Source of the DNA: Isurus oxyrinchus
Taxonomy: Eukaryota
NCBI GenBank assembly: GCA_026770705.1
Contig: JANJGN010000071.1
Coordinates: forward strand, 1,116,001 to 1,180,000
Length of the DNA stretch: 64,000 nucleotides
Direction: 5' to 3'
A program made the position numbers and the translations under genes. Below the pieces are notes generated by a model. The model saw only the letters and a list, made by a program, of their open reading frames with translations. It did not search any database and was not told the origin of the DNA. Shown one piece after another: positions 50,317 to 63,154 of this stretch; the stretch's first letter is position 1, and every line of letters starts with the position of its first letter.

Positions 50317-51590
50317 GTAGGTGGAAATTCATTCCTTATTTTAAGGTTTCTCCCTGCTCGTTTCTTCCACAGAAAGTTTTCTGATTTCAAGCTGATTTCA
50401 GTGGCAGTCTGTCTCGGTTATACTCAGGAGGCATGTTTGAAATCGAGCCCCCCCCCCCACCCTTTTTTTGCAAAGCTGGGAAGAGACAATTCCAAGGAAG
50501 TGAACATATCCCCACAGGAATTTTAAATGTAACCCACGCCGGGAATAGTGAGAGGGAGACTGATCCAGCCTGGGAGTGGGTTAAAGAGAGGCTGGGAGTC
50601 GAGAGTCGGAGAGAGGGATGGAATGGGGGAGGGAGGGATTGGAAGAGAGAGACACAGAGTGGGACGGGGAGGGGTGAAAGGGAAAGAACATAGGTGGGAG
50701 AGAGTGACAGAGGGAGAAATTAAAGAAGAGATGCAGAGTGAGGGAAAGTGAAAAGGGAAGAGAGATTGTCCAAGAGAGAGAAATTAACAGGGAAGGGAGA
50801 GTTACAGAGTGAGCGAAAGGTACAAAAATAGTGTGAGAGAGAGGGAGAGATACAGAGTGGGAGAAGGAGACAGGGGAGAGAGAGGGAGAGAGACAGGAAA
50901 AGGGAGAGAGGAGAGAAAGATTGGGAGAGAGGGCAATTGAGAGGAAGAGTAGGAGAGAGAGAGACAGGGAGAGGAGGAGTGGAAGAGAGGAAGAGAGAGA
51001 GAGATATGGAGCAGGAGAACACCTTCTCCGGTCCCGATGTTCCTCCAAAATCTCTGACATTACTGCATCTCCCGGGACCCCCTGATTCCCATCGCTCCAC
51101 CATTGGTGGCCGTGCCTTCATCTGCCTGGGGCCCTGAGCTCCGGAATACCCTCCCTTAACCTCTCTGCCTCTCTCTCTCTCTCTCCTTTAAGACGCTCCT
51201 TAAAAACTGACATCTTTGACCAAGCTTTTGGTCACCTATCCCTAATATCTCCATATGTGACTCCGTGTTAGACTTCTCTCTGATTTACGCTCCGGTAATG
51301 TGGGCTGGGACATTTTGCAATGTCAGAGGCGCTGTGTAAATGCAAGTTGTGAGTGTTATGTGGAAGGGAGACCCCAGGCGGCAGTCAGTGCCAGAGACTG
51401 GAGTCATTGTGCGCAGACCGTATCTAATCTCTCCGAATGCACAATCGGTTTGACTGTCAGCCAAAGCACTTTTGATATTTGATCCTTCTACCTGTTTATA
51501 ACCAGGCCTACATCATACACCGAGAGGCTGGTTAATCAACAGACACCTTAGAGGATCGAGTGAAAGACAAACAGGACTTGCATTTCTCTA

Positions 51591-51739
51591 TAAAAACAAA
51601 GAAAACTGCGGATGCTGGAAATCCAAAACAAAAACAGAATTACCTGAAAAAACTCAGCAGGTCTGGCAGCATCGGCGGAGAAGAAAAGAGTTGACGTTTC
51701 GAGTCCTCAGAAGGGTCATGAGGACTCGAAACGTCAACT
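51591..51739. mobile_element. Short Penelope-derived insertion with hairpin and target-site duplication
   Basis: cttgcatttctcta at 51577-51590 and 51740-51753; 24-bp perfect inverted repeat 51686-51709/51719-51742; related copies ~58665, ~42600, ~22480. Confidence 0.7.
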
Positions 51740-52714
51740 CTTGCATTTCTCTAGCGCTTTCCAACACATCATGACGTCCCAAACTGTTTCGCGGACAATC
51801 AAGTGCTTTTTTTCTTTCATGTGAGGTCACTGATGTACTGTGGGAAAAGAATCAGCCATTGGCGCACTGTAAGATCCCACAGACAGCAGCATGATAATAA
51901 CCAGCGCACTCCCAGTACTTGCACTGCAAGTGTCAGTTCAGGGTGTCTGCTCGATTCTCTGCAACTCTCAGCTCTGAGTTAAAAGGACCACCAGGCGTAA
52001 TTGAGAAATTACCGAGCTGTCGGAGGGTCAGTACCGGCGGGGGGGCAGGACAGTCGGAGGGTCAGTACTGAGGGGGTGCTGCATTGTCAGACGGTCAGTT
52101 TTGGAGTGCTGCACTGCCAGAGGGTCAGTACCGGCAGGGGACTGCACAGTCGGAGGGTCAGTACTGAGGGGGTGCTGCATTGTCAGACGGTCAGTACTGA
52201 GGGAGTGCTGCACAGTCGGAGGGTCAGTACTGAGGGGGTGCTGCACTGTTGAAGGCGCTGTCTTTCAGATGAGATGTTAAACTGAGACAACATCTGCCCT
52301 CTCAGATGGATGTAGAGGATTCCATGGCCACAATTTAAATGAAGTGTTTCAGGAGTTGGGTGTATGTGTGGAGGGGGTGGTGCGGGGTGGATGGGATGCA
52401 GTTATGTCCGCTTTCCTGGGGCAAACATTTATCCCTCAACTGACTTTGGTAAAAAACTGAAAATCGGGGCCATTATCACATTTCTGTTTGTGGGATCTTG
52501 CTGTGCGTGAATTGCCTGCTGCGTTTCCTACATTACAGCGGTGAGCTCACTTCAGAAAAAGTCCTTCCTTCAGCTGTGGAACACTTTGGGCCATCCTGAG
52601 GAGGGGAAAGGCGCTATAGAAATGCGCCATCCTCCTTCCAATGACGCGCCTGATTGAAATGATGCCTTCTTTCTTTCCGGAATGTTCTCACCTATTGTCC
52701 TCCTGCTTTTCCAG

Positions 52715-52831
52715 GGCTCCTTGCTGCAGCGCCAGAAGAGAATGGGCAGACAGCAGCTCTGCATATTCTGCTGTAACTGCTGTAATTGGAGAGAACCAAA
52801 TGAGACTTGTGGTCTCTGCTGTAGATATTAG
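52715..52831 (+). CDS. HAMP: Hepcidin-like gene exon 3 (furin site and mature 8-Cys peptide)
   Basis: Acceptor cctgcttttccag|; GSLLQRQKR-MGRQQLCIFCCNCCNWREPNETCGLCCRY*; C-x2-CC-x-CC-xn-C-G-x-CC hepcidin pattern; AATAAA at 53669. Confidence 0.88.
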   Translation, partial: GSLLQRQKRMGRQQLCIFCCNCCNWREPNETCGLCCRY

Positions 52832-53278
52832 ACCCTGGCCTCATTCACGCAAGGTCATCCTGCACCATGCCACAGCCTCTCCCCTCCTTATCTACTGCTT
52901 AGCAATCTATTTCACACAGGCCCTGTTCATTAATTCCAACTGAAACTTTACCTGCGTTTTACAGCAGGGAAAGAAGCCATTCGGCCCATCTGCTCCATGC
53001 TGGTGTTTCTGCTCCACACGAGTCTCCGCCCACCCCTTCTCCATCTCACCCCATCACCATATCCTTCTATTCATTTGTCCCTCGTGTGTTTATCCAGCTT
53101 CCCCTTAAATACATCGACACTATTCACCTCACGTGACTGTGTTTGTGTCTGTCTTTATGAGCGTGTGTGTGTGACTGTCAATATGTGTGTGTCAATGTGA
53201 ATGTGTGTGATTGTGTCAGCGTGTGTGTGTGTATGTGTGACTGTCAGTGCGTGTCAATGTGAATGTGTGTGATTGTGT

Positions 53279-53320
<42 letters not shown>

Positions 53321-55309
53321 CTGTGTCAGTGTGTGTCAATGTGAATGAGTGAGTGTGTCAGTGTGTCTGTGTGGGTGTGTGTGACTGTGTCAGTGTGTGT
53401 CAATGTGAATGAGTGAGTGTGTCAGTGTGTCTGTGTGGGTGTGGGTGTGTGAGTGTGCAAGTGAATGTGTGAGGAATCTTATGACTAAGTCATTTGAATG
53501 GATGTTACTGGGGTTAATGATAGTTAAAATTCAGAGAGATGTAAAGCGGGCTCCTGATTTTGCTGCTTTATGCTCCCGGGCACAGATTCACCCCGACAAT
53601 GTGTTCATGATTCACCATTATCTTGTCGGGACTTTAATTGTAAAGATTATGATTTGTGAAAAAAAATGAATAAACAACTTTTGTCTTCACAAAGTGTCTG
53701 GCTTGGTATTTCAGGCTACTTGTCTCTCCCTCACCCTCCCCCCCCCACCATGCCCCCCACACCAGGGAACAATTGTCCCCCCTTCCTCTGAAGTTCTGGG
53801 TAAAGATCAGCTTTGTTCAATGCAAGCTGTTCCGACATCGAGAACGTTGTTACAAATATCTCACAAAGGGCACACGCCATGATAGCCCACTTTCAACAGA
53901 TTTTACCAGTTGACCAGGTTGAAAACCTTTTCATAAACCACAACGTAGGTGTTCAATTCTTGCTGCTGTTTGCTTAATGTTCTCATAACTGCTATAACCT
54001 CTCTAGTTCCACTACATAACAACACCAACATAAATAAACAGAAGCAGGAGTAGGCCTTTTGGCCCCCCAAGCCAGCTTGTCCATTCAATTTGAACCTGGC
54101 TCCTGCTGAAAGTTATTTAAGTTGAAGCGATAAAGCCATCAGGTGCAGGGATTAAAATGTAAGCAAAGGAAAAATAATACTTAGACATGAGATTTAAAAT
54201 CAGTTTCTGTGAAGAATCATACTGAGGCCATTGCTCTGGATTCCTTCTTTCCAGAGTGAAGGGTTTAAAACTAGGAGTCACATTCAGCAGCTGCGTTGTC
54301 TTCTCTAGTTGACTATTTGGAGGTTGCCTGTAGATGTGAATCAGCAGGACAGCAGCTTTGGGGAGTGAGTGAAGGTCCCTTTTATTTACAGGATCTGCCA
54401 CAGGGTGTGCAGGAATATTCCTGCTGAATTCTCCATCCTTGCATTCATGAAGGGTTTGAAACTGGAAGTCATATTCAGCAGCTGCAATGGCCTCTGTAGC
54501 CAACTGTCTGGAGGTTGCCTGTACCGGTGGACTCAGCAGGTCAACAGCTTTGTAGGGTGGGGGACACGGGTAGTGAAGGTCCCTTTTCTTTAAAGGCTCT
54601 GCCAGTGCAACACTTGATGATCCTGGGTCAAAATCATGTATCACCTTCCCCAAAAGCACTGTGGGTGTGACCTATGGAGGGTCCTTGGCTTCGACAAGCA
54701 GCCTACCAGTTCTGCTCTCAATTCCTCTTCGCACTTGCTTCCTTCCTCCTCTGGTCTTTACTTTGTTATAGTATATGTGTCCGCTCTGCCTTTTTTGTTG
54801 CTTTCCCAATTCTTCCCACCAACTCTCTCTGGCTTGATCCTTCTCTGTGCTCATCTCATTGGTTTGGGTTTCTATCCGTTCATTGACCTGGTGTAATCTG
54901 AAACTGGTGCAATCAGGTAGGGGTGGGGGGGTTGGCGCTGGCCGTGGGTGGTGATACACGGCTACCTTTTTACCAAAATTCTTTCACGGGATGTGGACAG
55001 CGTTTGTTACCTGTTCCTGACTGACCCCTGGAGAAGGGGGTGCTGAGCTGCCTTTTCGAAGTGCTGCAGTTCGCCTGGTTTGACTGGTCTGTGGCGGGTT
55101 TTGATATAACTCAGTAGCTTGCTCGGCCATTTCAGGGGCCAGTTAAGAGTCAACCACATTGCTGTGGGTCAGGAGTCACACGTAGGCCAGAATGGGTAAG
55201 GACGGCAGGTTTCCTTCCCCAAAGGGCATTAGTGACCCAGATGGGTTTTTGCAACAATTGGCCTTAGTTTCATGGTCACCATTACAGAGACTAGCTTCGC
55301 ATTCCAGAT

Positions 55310-57270
55310 GTCACATCCAGTCGTGGACAATTAAACAACTCACTGGAGGAGGAGGCTCCACAAATATCCCCATCCTCAATGATGGAGGAGCCCAGCACAT
55401 CGGTGCAAAAGACAAGACTGAAGCATGCGCAACAATCTTCAGCCAGAAGTGCTGAGTGGCTGATCCATCTCGGCCTCCTCCGGAGGTCCCCAGCATCACA
55501 GATGCCAATCTTTAGCCAATTCGATTAATTCCACGTGACATCAAGAAAGGGCTGAAGGCACTGGATATTGCAAAGGCTCCAGGCCCTGACAATATTCTGG
55601 CAATAGTACTGAAGACTTGTGCTCCAGAACTTGCTGCGCCCCTAGCCAAGCTTTTCTGGAATTTTCTAGTACAGCTGCAACACTGGCAACTACCCGGCTA
55701 TGGGGTACGTCCTGTACACAAAAAGCAGGACAAATCCAACCCAGCCAATTCCCCAGCAGTCTATTCTTGATCATTACTAAAGTGATGGAAGGGGTCATCA
55801 ACAGCGCTTGCAAGCAGCACCTGCTTACCAAGAACCTGCTCACTGACGCTCAGTTTGTGTTCCACCAGGATCATTCAGCTCCTGGCCTCATTACAGCCTT
55901 GGTTCAAACATGCACAAATGAGCTGAACTCCAGAGGTGAGAGGGACTGCCCTTGACATCAAGGCAGCATTTGACTGAGTGTGGCAAAACAAGGAGCCCGA
56001 GCAAAACTGGAGTCAATGGGAATCGGGGGAAAACTCTCCGCTGCTTGGAGTCATACCCAGCACAAAGGACGATGGTTGTGATTATTGGGGGTCAATCATC
56101 TCAGTTCCAGGACATCACTGCAGGAGTTACTCAGGGTAGTGTCCTAGGCTCAAACATCGTCAACTGCTTCATCAATGACCTTCCTTCCATCATAAGGTCA
56201 GAAGTGGGGATGTTTGCTGATATTTGCACAATGTTCAGCACCATTCACAGCTCCTCAGATACTGAAGCAAGTTATGTCCAAATGCAGCAAGACCTGGACA
56301 ACATCCAGGCTTGGGCTGACAGGTGACAAGTAACATTCATGCCACACAAGTACCAGGCAATGACCAGCTCCAACAAGAGAGAATCTAATTGAAGGTGCAG
56401 AAAATTTGGATTTATGTTCAAGAGCCAGCCAGGACCAGCAGCTAGGGCGCCAAAGCGTACACATCCTTACGTGAAAACTTAAAAACCTGTACTAAGGGCT
56501 CAGTTGGAAATTTGCAATGAGGAAATGGGAGACACACACACAAGGACACTGGGTGACTCAATCAAGAAATGGGGAAGGTTATTTCACACCGTCCGATGGC
56601 CTTGAACCACATCCAGTCAGCCTCCGGAAACCTTTTGTATTGAACAAACATAGATTCTTTGCTGTCTCAAAAGGACAATAGCCAGTCTCTGCCCTGTAAT
56701 TACTGAACAAGAACACAATTATCAGCCCACCGGAGGATCATTGTGCTGTGGCCTTTGTCTAACTAATACCATTACCTTGTAACTGAGAGTAAAAATATAT
56801 AAACTGTGCTCATTTGAACCTCGGTGGAGAAGCACCTGGACTGCCCAGCGTTTGCTCCCCACATGCGTAATAAAGGAACCACTTGAATATTGCATCTGGA
56901 GTCCGAGTGTTGAAATTTTGTACCAGAATATTCCACAGACCATTCATAACCATCTCCCCTTGACATTCAATGGCATTACCATCAATAAATCCCCCAATAT
57001 CAACATCCTGGGAGTTACCATTGAGCAGAAACTGAACTGGACCAGCCATATAAACACTGTGGCTGCAAGAGCAGGTCAGAGGCTGGGAACCCTGCAGACA
57101 GTAACTCACCTCCTGACTCCCCAAAGCCTGTCCACCATCTACAACGCACAAGTCAGGAGTGTGATGGAATACTCTCCACATGCCTGGATGAGTGCAGCTC
57201 CAACAACACTCAAGAAGCTCGACACCATCCAGGACAAAGCAGCCCGATTGATTGGCTCCCCTTCCACAGA
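55310..57270 (+). mobile_element. LINE RT fragment (CR1-like)
   Basis: AGVTQGSVLG, FINDL, MFAD, YNAQVRSVMEYS motifs; frameshifted. Confidence 0.85.
56390..56946 (+). mobile_element. Solo LTR nested in the LINE
   Basis: TGAA...TTCA ends; TAAT/TAAC 4-bp TSD; internal TATATAAA and AATAAA; splits gagaatctaaccatc. Confidence 0.75.
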
Positions 57271-58761
57271 GCTAGATAGATTCTTGATTAACAAGGGGGT
57301 GAAAGGTCATTGGGGGTAGACAGGAATGTGAGGTTGAGGTGACAATCAGATCAGCCATGATCTTACTGAATGGCGGAGCAGGTTCGAGGGACTGAGTGAC
57401 CTACTCCTGATCCTAACTCAGATATCCAGATGTTCTCAAAGGCAATTGGGGATGGGCAACAAATACTGGCCTAGTCAGCGACACCAACATCTCTGAAATG
57501 AATAAGAAAAAAATGTATCAATCAATTAAATTTATTGATTAATCGAATTGAAATTCCTCCAGCTGCCGTGGTGGGATTTGAACCCGTGCCTTCAAAGCAT
57601 TCACCTGGGCCTCTGGATCACTGGCCTAGTGCCATTCCCATTGTGCGACTGTCTGCTATCATCATGGCTCTTTCACATCGATGTGGAAGTCCTGATAACA
57701 GAAGCATTGGATGAGGTACAGAAAGGTGACAAATCAGGAGCTCCATTGCTCAATATGAACGGATAATAAAGATAAATGAACATAAACCTTCCAGTCGCTA
57801 ATTAGGGAGTCACTGTGGAGCCCATTAGTCCCTCGCAGCGCTATTGTAACCTTCTGGATCCCCAGTAGGGGACTCGGGGTGCAGCTGTGTCTTCCTCATC
57901 ATTTGGAAAAGCCGGAATTGTTCGGGTGCCCCTTCAAACAGGCCGAAGATGCAGTGGGTGATGTCTCCCACAGGCCCTGGGAGACCTCCCCTGCCAATTT
58001 GTTTTGTAGCTTATTCTTCAACTGCGACATTGGATCAGCTTGAAAAAGGGTGAGGCTGAGGCAATACCACCAGGTAAGCGTCTATCCCCACACACGTCAC
58101 CCCCCCCACCCCCGTAACCATCACAGTCCCTCCCATCGTGCTGGAGGAGCATAATGTGCACATTCCCCTCCTTCCAATCAGTCTCCTCCCTTCCTCTCTA
58201 ATCCTTGATCTTATTGTGTTCGGGGTTGACATCCCAGTCCTCCTCCCTAGACTGTCTGATGTTGACATCCCAATGCCCCATGTAGACCTGACCTCTCTCC
58301 AACTAGAGGCCCATTGTACTGTGACTTACAGAGACCACCGGCCCCCCTCGATTCCCACCCCCACCCCTACCCTCTATATTACCTGCTCCCCACTGACAGG
58401 CTGCAGATGCCTCCCCTGACTGGGATTGTGCCACCTGCGGCCTAGTATCAAGCCACCCACCCCCAGGATGGACGTGTGTGAGGGACTGACCACGTCACTC
58501 ACACCATGCTGGGCACCACCAACCCAGGACTGCCAGGCTGTCCCCACCACACTGGACTGGGACTAGAATAGGCGTGCCAAGCACAGCTCTCTAAATCGTG
58601 GCGCAGATCCACAGCACTCGCAATGTTTTGTGGCCCGAATCCTTGCTGAGGAACTGCCCAGCACTAAAAGCAAAAAAACTGCAGATGCTGGAAATCCAAA
58701 ACAGAAACAGAAACAGAAATACCTGGAAAAACTCAGCAGGTCTGGCAGCATCGGCGGAGAA

Positions 58762-59345
58762 GTACTGAGGTAGTGCGGCACTGTCGGAGGTTCAGTACTG
58801 AGGGAGTGCTGCACTGTCGGAGGTTCAGTCCTGAGGGAGTGCTGCACTGTCGGAGGGTCTGAACTGAGGGAGTGCTGCACTGTCGGAGGCTCTGAACTGA
58901 GGGAGTGCTGCACTGTCGGAGGCTCTGAAATGAGGGAGTGCTGCACTGTCGGAGGGTTTGAACTGAGGGAGTGCTGCACTGTCGGAGGGTCTGAACTGAA
59001 GGAGTGCTGCACTGTCGGAGGGTCTGAACTGAGGGAGTGCTGCACTGTTGGAGGGTCTGAAATGAGGGAGTGCTGCACTGATGGAGGGTCTGAACTGAGA
59101 GAGTGCTGCACTGTCGGAGGTTCTGAACTGAGGGAGTGCTGCACTGTCTGAGGGTTTGGACTGAGGGAGTGCTGCACAGTCGGAGGGTCTGAACTGAGGG
59201 AGTGCTGCACTGTCAGAGGGTTTGAACTGAGGGAGTGCTGCATTGTCGGAGGGTCTGATCTGAAGGAGTGCTGCACTGTAGGAGGGTCTGAACTGAGGGA
59301 GTGCTGCGCTGTTGGAGGGTCAGTACTGAGGGAGTGCTGCGCTGT
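58762..59345. repeat. 33-bp minisatellite
   Basis: gggtctgaactgagggagtgctgcactgtcgga units. Confidence 0.9.
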
Positions 59346-60675
59346 CTAAAGAACATTGTACAAATTGCACAAAATTGCATCTGATGCCTGTGTCTCATGC
59401 TAACATGAAGTTCATGCACACAACAGGAATATTTCTCGCTGTTTCTCGACAGCAAGACAGCTTTGATATCACACCAGCCACTGGCAAGTTTGTGCAGCTA
59501 CAATGTGACATGTTTACATTGGAAATTTCTATTATAAAGATGGACAGAGGAATTCATCTGATTGGAAAACGTGACAACATGAAGTAATGTCTTTGAGCCA
59601 AGTATTTTGCAGCAAAACAAGAATTTTAATCTTTAAATATCTACAGAACAGCCTGAACATTTTAATCACTTGAGTTAATCAATGTAATTTTATTCATAAC
59701 CCAAATGCTTCTTACAATCTATTGCAGCATGAAAAAGGTGCAGCATTCAGAAAGCACATTCCAATCAGAGAACAGAGTTTAGCAACGTCACATTTCTGTT
59801 CATTCCTATTCGACCATGTTGGCTGCACACAGCCAGACAATGCCGTGGTTATGATGTGTCCACACAGCAGGACTGGGGAGCACCAGGTATAAGGAAAAGT
59901 TTCAGCTTGCTGAGGAGAAGAAGGACAATCTCTCGTTGCAGGTTTCTCTCCGTACATTAAGAAGCAGGCATGTCGATGTTTCATTGTACTCTGTCTGCTG
60001 ATGGGAGTCCGCTTGGAAATTGTTGTTTGTGCTGATGGAAAGAATAAGCTTTTCATAAATGGAGGGATTGAGAACAAACACAGGGAGGTTACGCTGAACA
60101 TTTATAAAGCTCTGGTTAGGTCACAACTAGAGTATTGTGTCCAGTTCTGGTCTCCTCACTTTGGGAAGGAAGTGAGGGTCCTTGAGAGGGTGGGGAGGAG
60201 ATTGAGCAGAATGGGTCCAGGGATGAGGGATTTTAGCTACAAGGTTGGGTTGGAGAAGCTGGGGTTGTTCTGCTTGGAGCAAAGGAGATTGAGGGGGGAT
60301 CTGATCGAGGTGTACAAGATGATGATGGGTTTAGATCAGGTAGACAAAGAGAAGCTGTTGCCATTAGCTGATGGGACAAGGACTGGGGGACACAGATTGA
60401 AGGTTTTGGGCAGAGGGGGATTTGAGGAGGAACTTTTTTACACAGTGAGTGGTAATGAGCTGGAACTCACTGCCTACAAGGATGGTGGAAGCGGAGACGA
60501 TGAACGATTTCAAAAGGAAATTGGACGGACACTTGAGGGGAAATAAACTTGAAGGGATACAGGGATAGAGCGGGGGAATGGGACTGAGTGGATTGCTCTA
60601 CAGAGAGGCAGCATGGAGTCAATGGGCCGAATGCCGTTCTTCTGTTTCATGATGAGATTGTTGCTGTACAAATCT

Positions 60676-60815
60676 TTAAACAGTCTGTCGACTTCCTTTC
60701 ACTGTTTGTCTCTCCCAGACACAGACTCCAGCGATAGTGATAACCACAGCCACAAGGAATATCACAGCTCGTATTCCCAGGATCAGGATCACGTGCAGAA
60801 TCTCTCCTCCACTGT
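60676..60815 (-). pseudogene. Gene D terminal TM-Arg exon (exon intact, gene disabled upstream)
   Basis: SGGEILHVILILGIRAVIFLVAVVITIAGVCVWERQTVKGSRQTV*; acceptor ttgtctag|. Confidence 0.75.
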
Positions 60816-62478
60816 CTAGACAACACACAGAAAGAAATCATCACTGACTCTCCGCTTTCAATCTCTCACTCTGGCTGAACAATCAAGCTTCATATCACTG
60901 CAACATTTGCTGTAATATTGACCCATCCACTGGGATTCAATGTGGAATGAATGTTTTCATTGTAAACACTCTAAGAGTGGACAATCGGAACTTTCCCCTT
61001 AGCGTGGAACATTGGTGAGAATGGATCATTGTGCTGTTGGACTCCCTGTCCAATGTTTCTCTCCATCGCTGTGTACAGGATTGTGCTGTAGAAAATTCTG
61101 GAAACGTTTAGTGCAGGGTGGAAATCCATCTCGGACGTGTGTGCGAATCGGGCAGGATCGAGATGGACTCCCCCACGGACATACACCCCCCGCTTAATAA
61201 ACAGTTCCAATCTTTACCCAGAGAGAGGGGAGAATGTGGAACTCGCTCCCACAGGGAGTGTGTGATGTGAACACTATCGATGTATTTAAGGGGCGGGAGG
61301 GTCGGTAACCAGAGGGACACAGATTGACGAACCGGAGGGGGAGATGAGGAGAATTTGTTTTGACAGAGCGAGTTGTTGTGATCTGGAAGGTGCTGCCTGA
61401 AAGGGCGGTGGAAGCAGATTCAATAGGAACTTTCAAAAGGGAAATTGGATAAACACTTGAAGGAAGAAGAAGGGGGCAAAGTGGTGTGGTGGTTAGTGGA
61501 TCTGATTGGATAGAACATTGAAAGACCTGGCACAGGCACAATGGGCTGAATGGCCTCCTCCTGTGCTGTATCATTCTCCGTTTCCATGATCTCTCCCCCA
61601 GTCAGTAACCACTCCAGATCCCTCTTGAAGGTGACAGAGAGACAGCAACCACCACACCCACTGACAGCACATTCCCGAGGATCCCTACTCTCTGGGAAAA
61701 GATGAAGTCCCCAACATCCAGCCTAATCCTGCTTCCCGGAGAGTGTAAACACTTCAGGGAGGCGTTGAGGAAGTTTTCAATAAAATGAATTATCAAATCT
61801 ACCGTTTGAGAAATAATTGAATTCCGATGAACTCCCAGCTTGTGTAGCAAACTGGGAAGTAGATTTGCTTGAAAAGCTGGGAAACACAAGGATTAAGTGC
61901 TACAATGCCACCACTGGTGGGAGGCTGTAACTACAGTGTGACGTTTACATAGGCAGTCATCACTATAAACAGGGGCTTTGGACATAATGGGCACGGAAAT
62001 AGTGAGAACAGGATGTAAGCTTTTCATCAGCAGGAATTCTCTTACTAAACCTCTCCACCTCTCTCTTACTCTCAGATTCACAAAAAATTCACAGAATCAG
62101 ATAAAGAGGAGTTGGGACTAGTTATTCGTCAACGGGTTAGGATTCAGGTAGCTCCTTGAAGGGAGAGAGAGAGTTGGAGAAGCAGAGAGTATCTATGAGT
62201 GCCTCTATGCATCTGAGTGTTTGTATGAGTAATTTCCATATTCTTCTATAAATATGAATGGGAACACAAATCCCAGAATTCAGCCCACGCTCCAGTGTAG
62301 TACTGAGGGAGGTCAGGTAACCCATGAGGGAGTCTTGTGCTAGTGTGTTTGTTTGTGAGTGTGTCTTTGTGTGTGGTCATATATGTGTGTCTGCACGTGT
62401 CTATTTAGGTCTGTACGTTTGAGGGTGTTTGTGTAGTATTCGAATCTGAGAGAGATGTTGATGTCTGTGTACACTCAC

Positions 62479-62630
62479 ATTCCACAGTAATGGTTATGAA
62501 CCCCTCCACTGCTCCATGTTCATTCTCTGCCACACACTGATAGTCGCCAGTGTCCCTGGATGTAACGTGAGGAATCACCAACCACAGCTCATTGTTGGAA
62601 CTTCTTCTGTTCATTGGGACATTAAGATGT
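62479..62630 (-). pseudogene. Gene D 5'-truncated half Ig exon
   Basis: LNVPMNRRSSNNELWLVIP...DTGDYQCVAENEHG; same 5' breakpoint as 454-603 but without the frameshifts. Confidence 0.8.
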
Positions 62631-63154
62631 CAAGGAGGGAATCAAGAACCCCGTATGCACAATTACCAACAGAAAGTGAACAACAATTTATACTTAATGG
62701 GAAGACAGTGCTGATTGGTTGGCAAGTGGTCTCTGATAGGTGGAGGTGTTGCCGTGGAGAATGGTGTGTGCGAGATGTAAAGTTTAGACAGCTTGTCTCT
62801 TCATTCAGCAATAATCAAATAAAGATCAATTAACTTCTATCGACTGTGAAGCATTTTGAGAGGCCTTAGAATGTGGATACTGAGAATGAGCTGCACTGTC
62901 AGAGGGTCAGCGCTGAGGGAGTGCTGATGTAGAATGAAAGATGTCGGTACAGTTAATGCTTTTCATCATTGATATTAAAGTGATTTTTAGAGGGTGCTTT
63001 AGGACTGAACTGGAAGCTATCACCAGGTTATTGAGAATCAGACAGTGTGTTATAATAAGCTGTGTTTTGTGTTATTATGTAAACGTCACAGTTTGTGTTA
63101 TTTCCCATTGAGTGTTGGATGTGAATTGTTGAGTAATTATAACACAGCACTTAC

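Larger units (their letters stand above)
59340..62945 (-). repeat. Inverted segmental duplicate of ~139-3845
   Basis: Colinear reverse-complement match including half Ig exon, TM-Arg exon, CR1 fragment and 3' flank. Confidence 0.9.

Noticed and set aside
52641-52943. ORF-track frame containing ITIM-like SAYSAV, as a possible gene C tail exon
   Set aside because: The overlapping phase-0 frame gives a furin site plus an 8-Cys hepcidin pattern, a far more specific match
57545-57650. tRNA-like B-box on the minus strand
   Set aside because: Head of a tRNA-derived SINE; no complete cloverleaf
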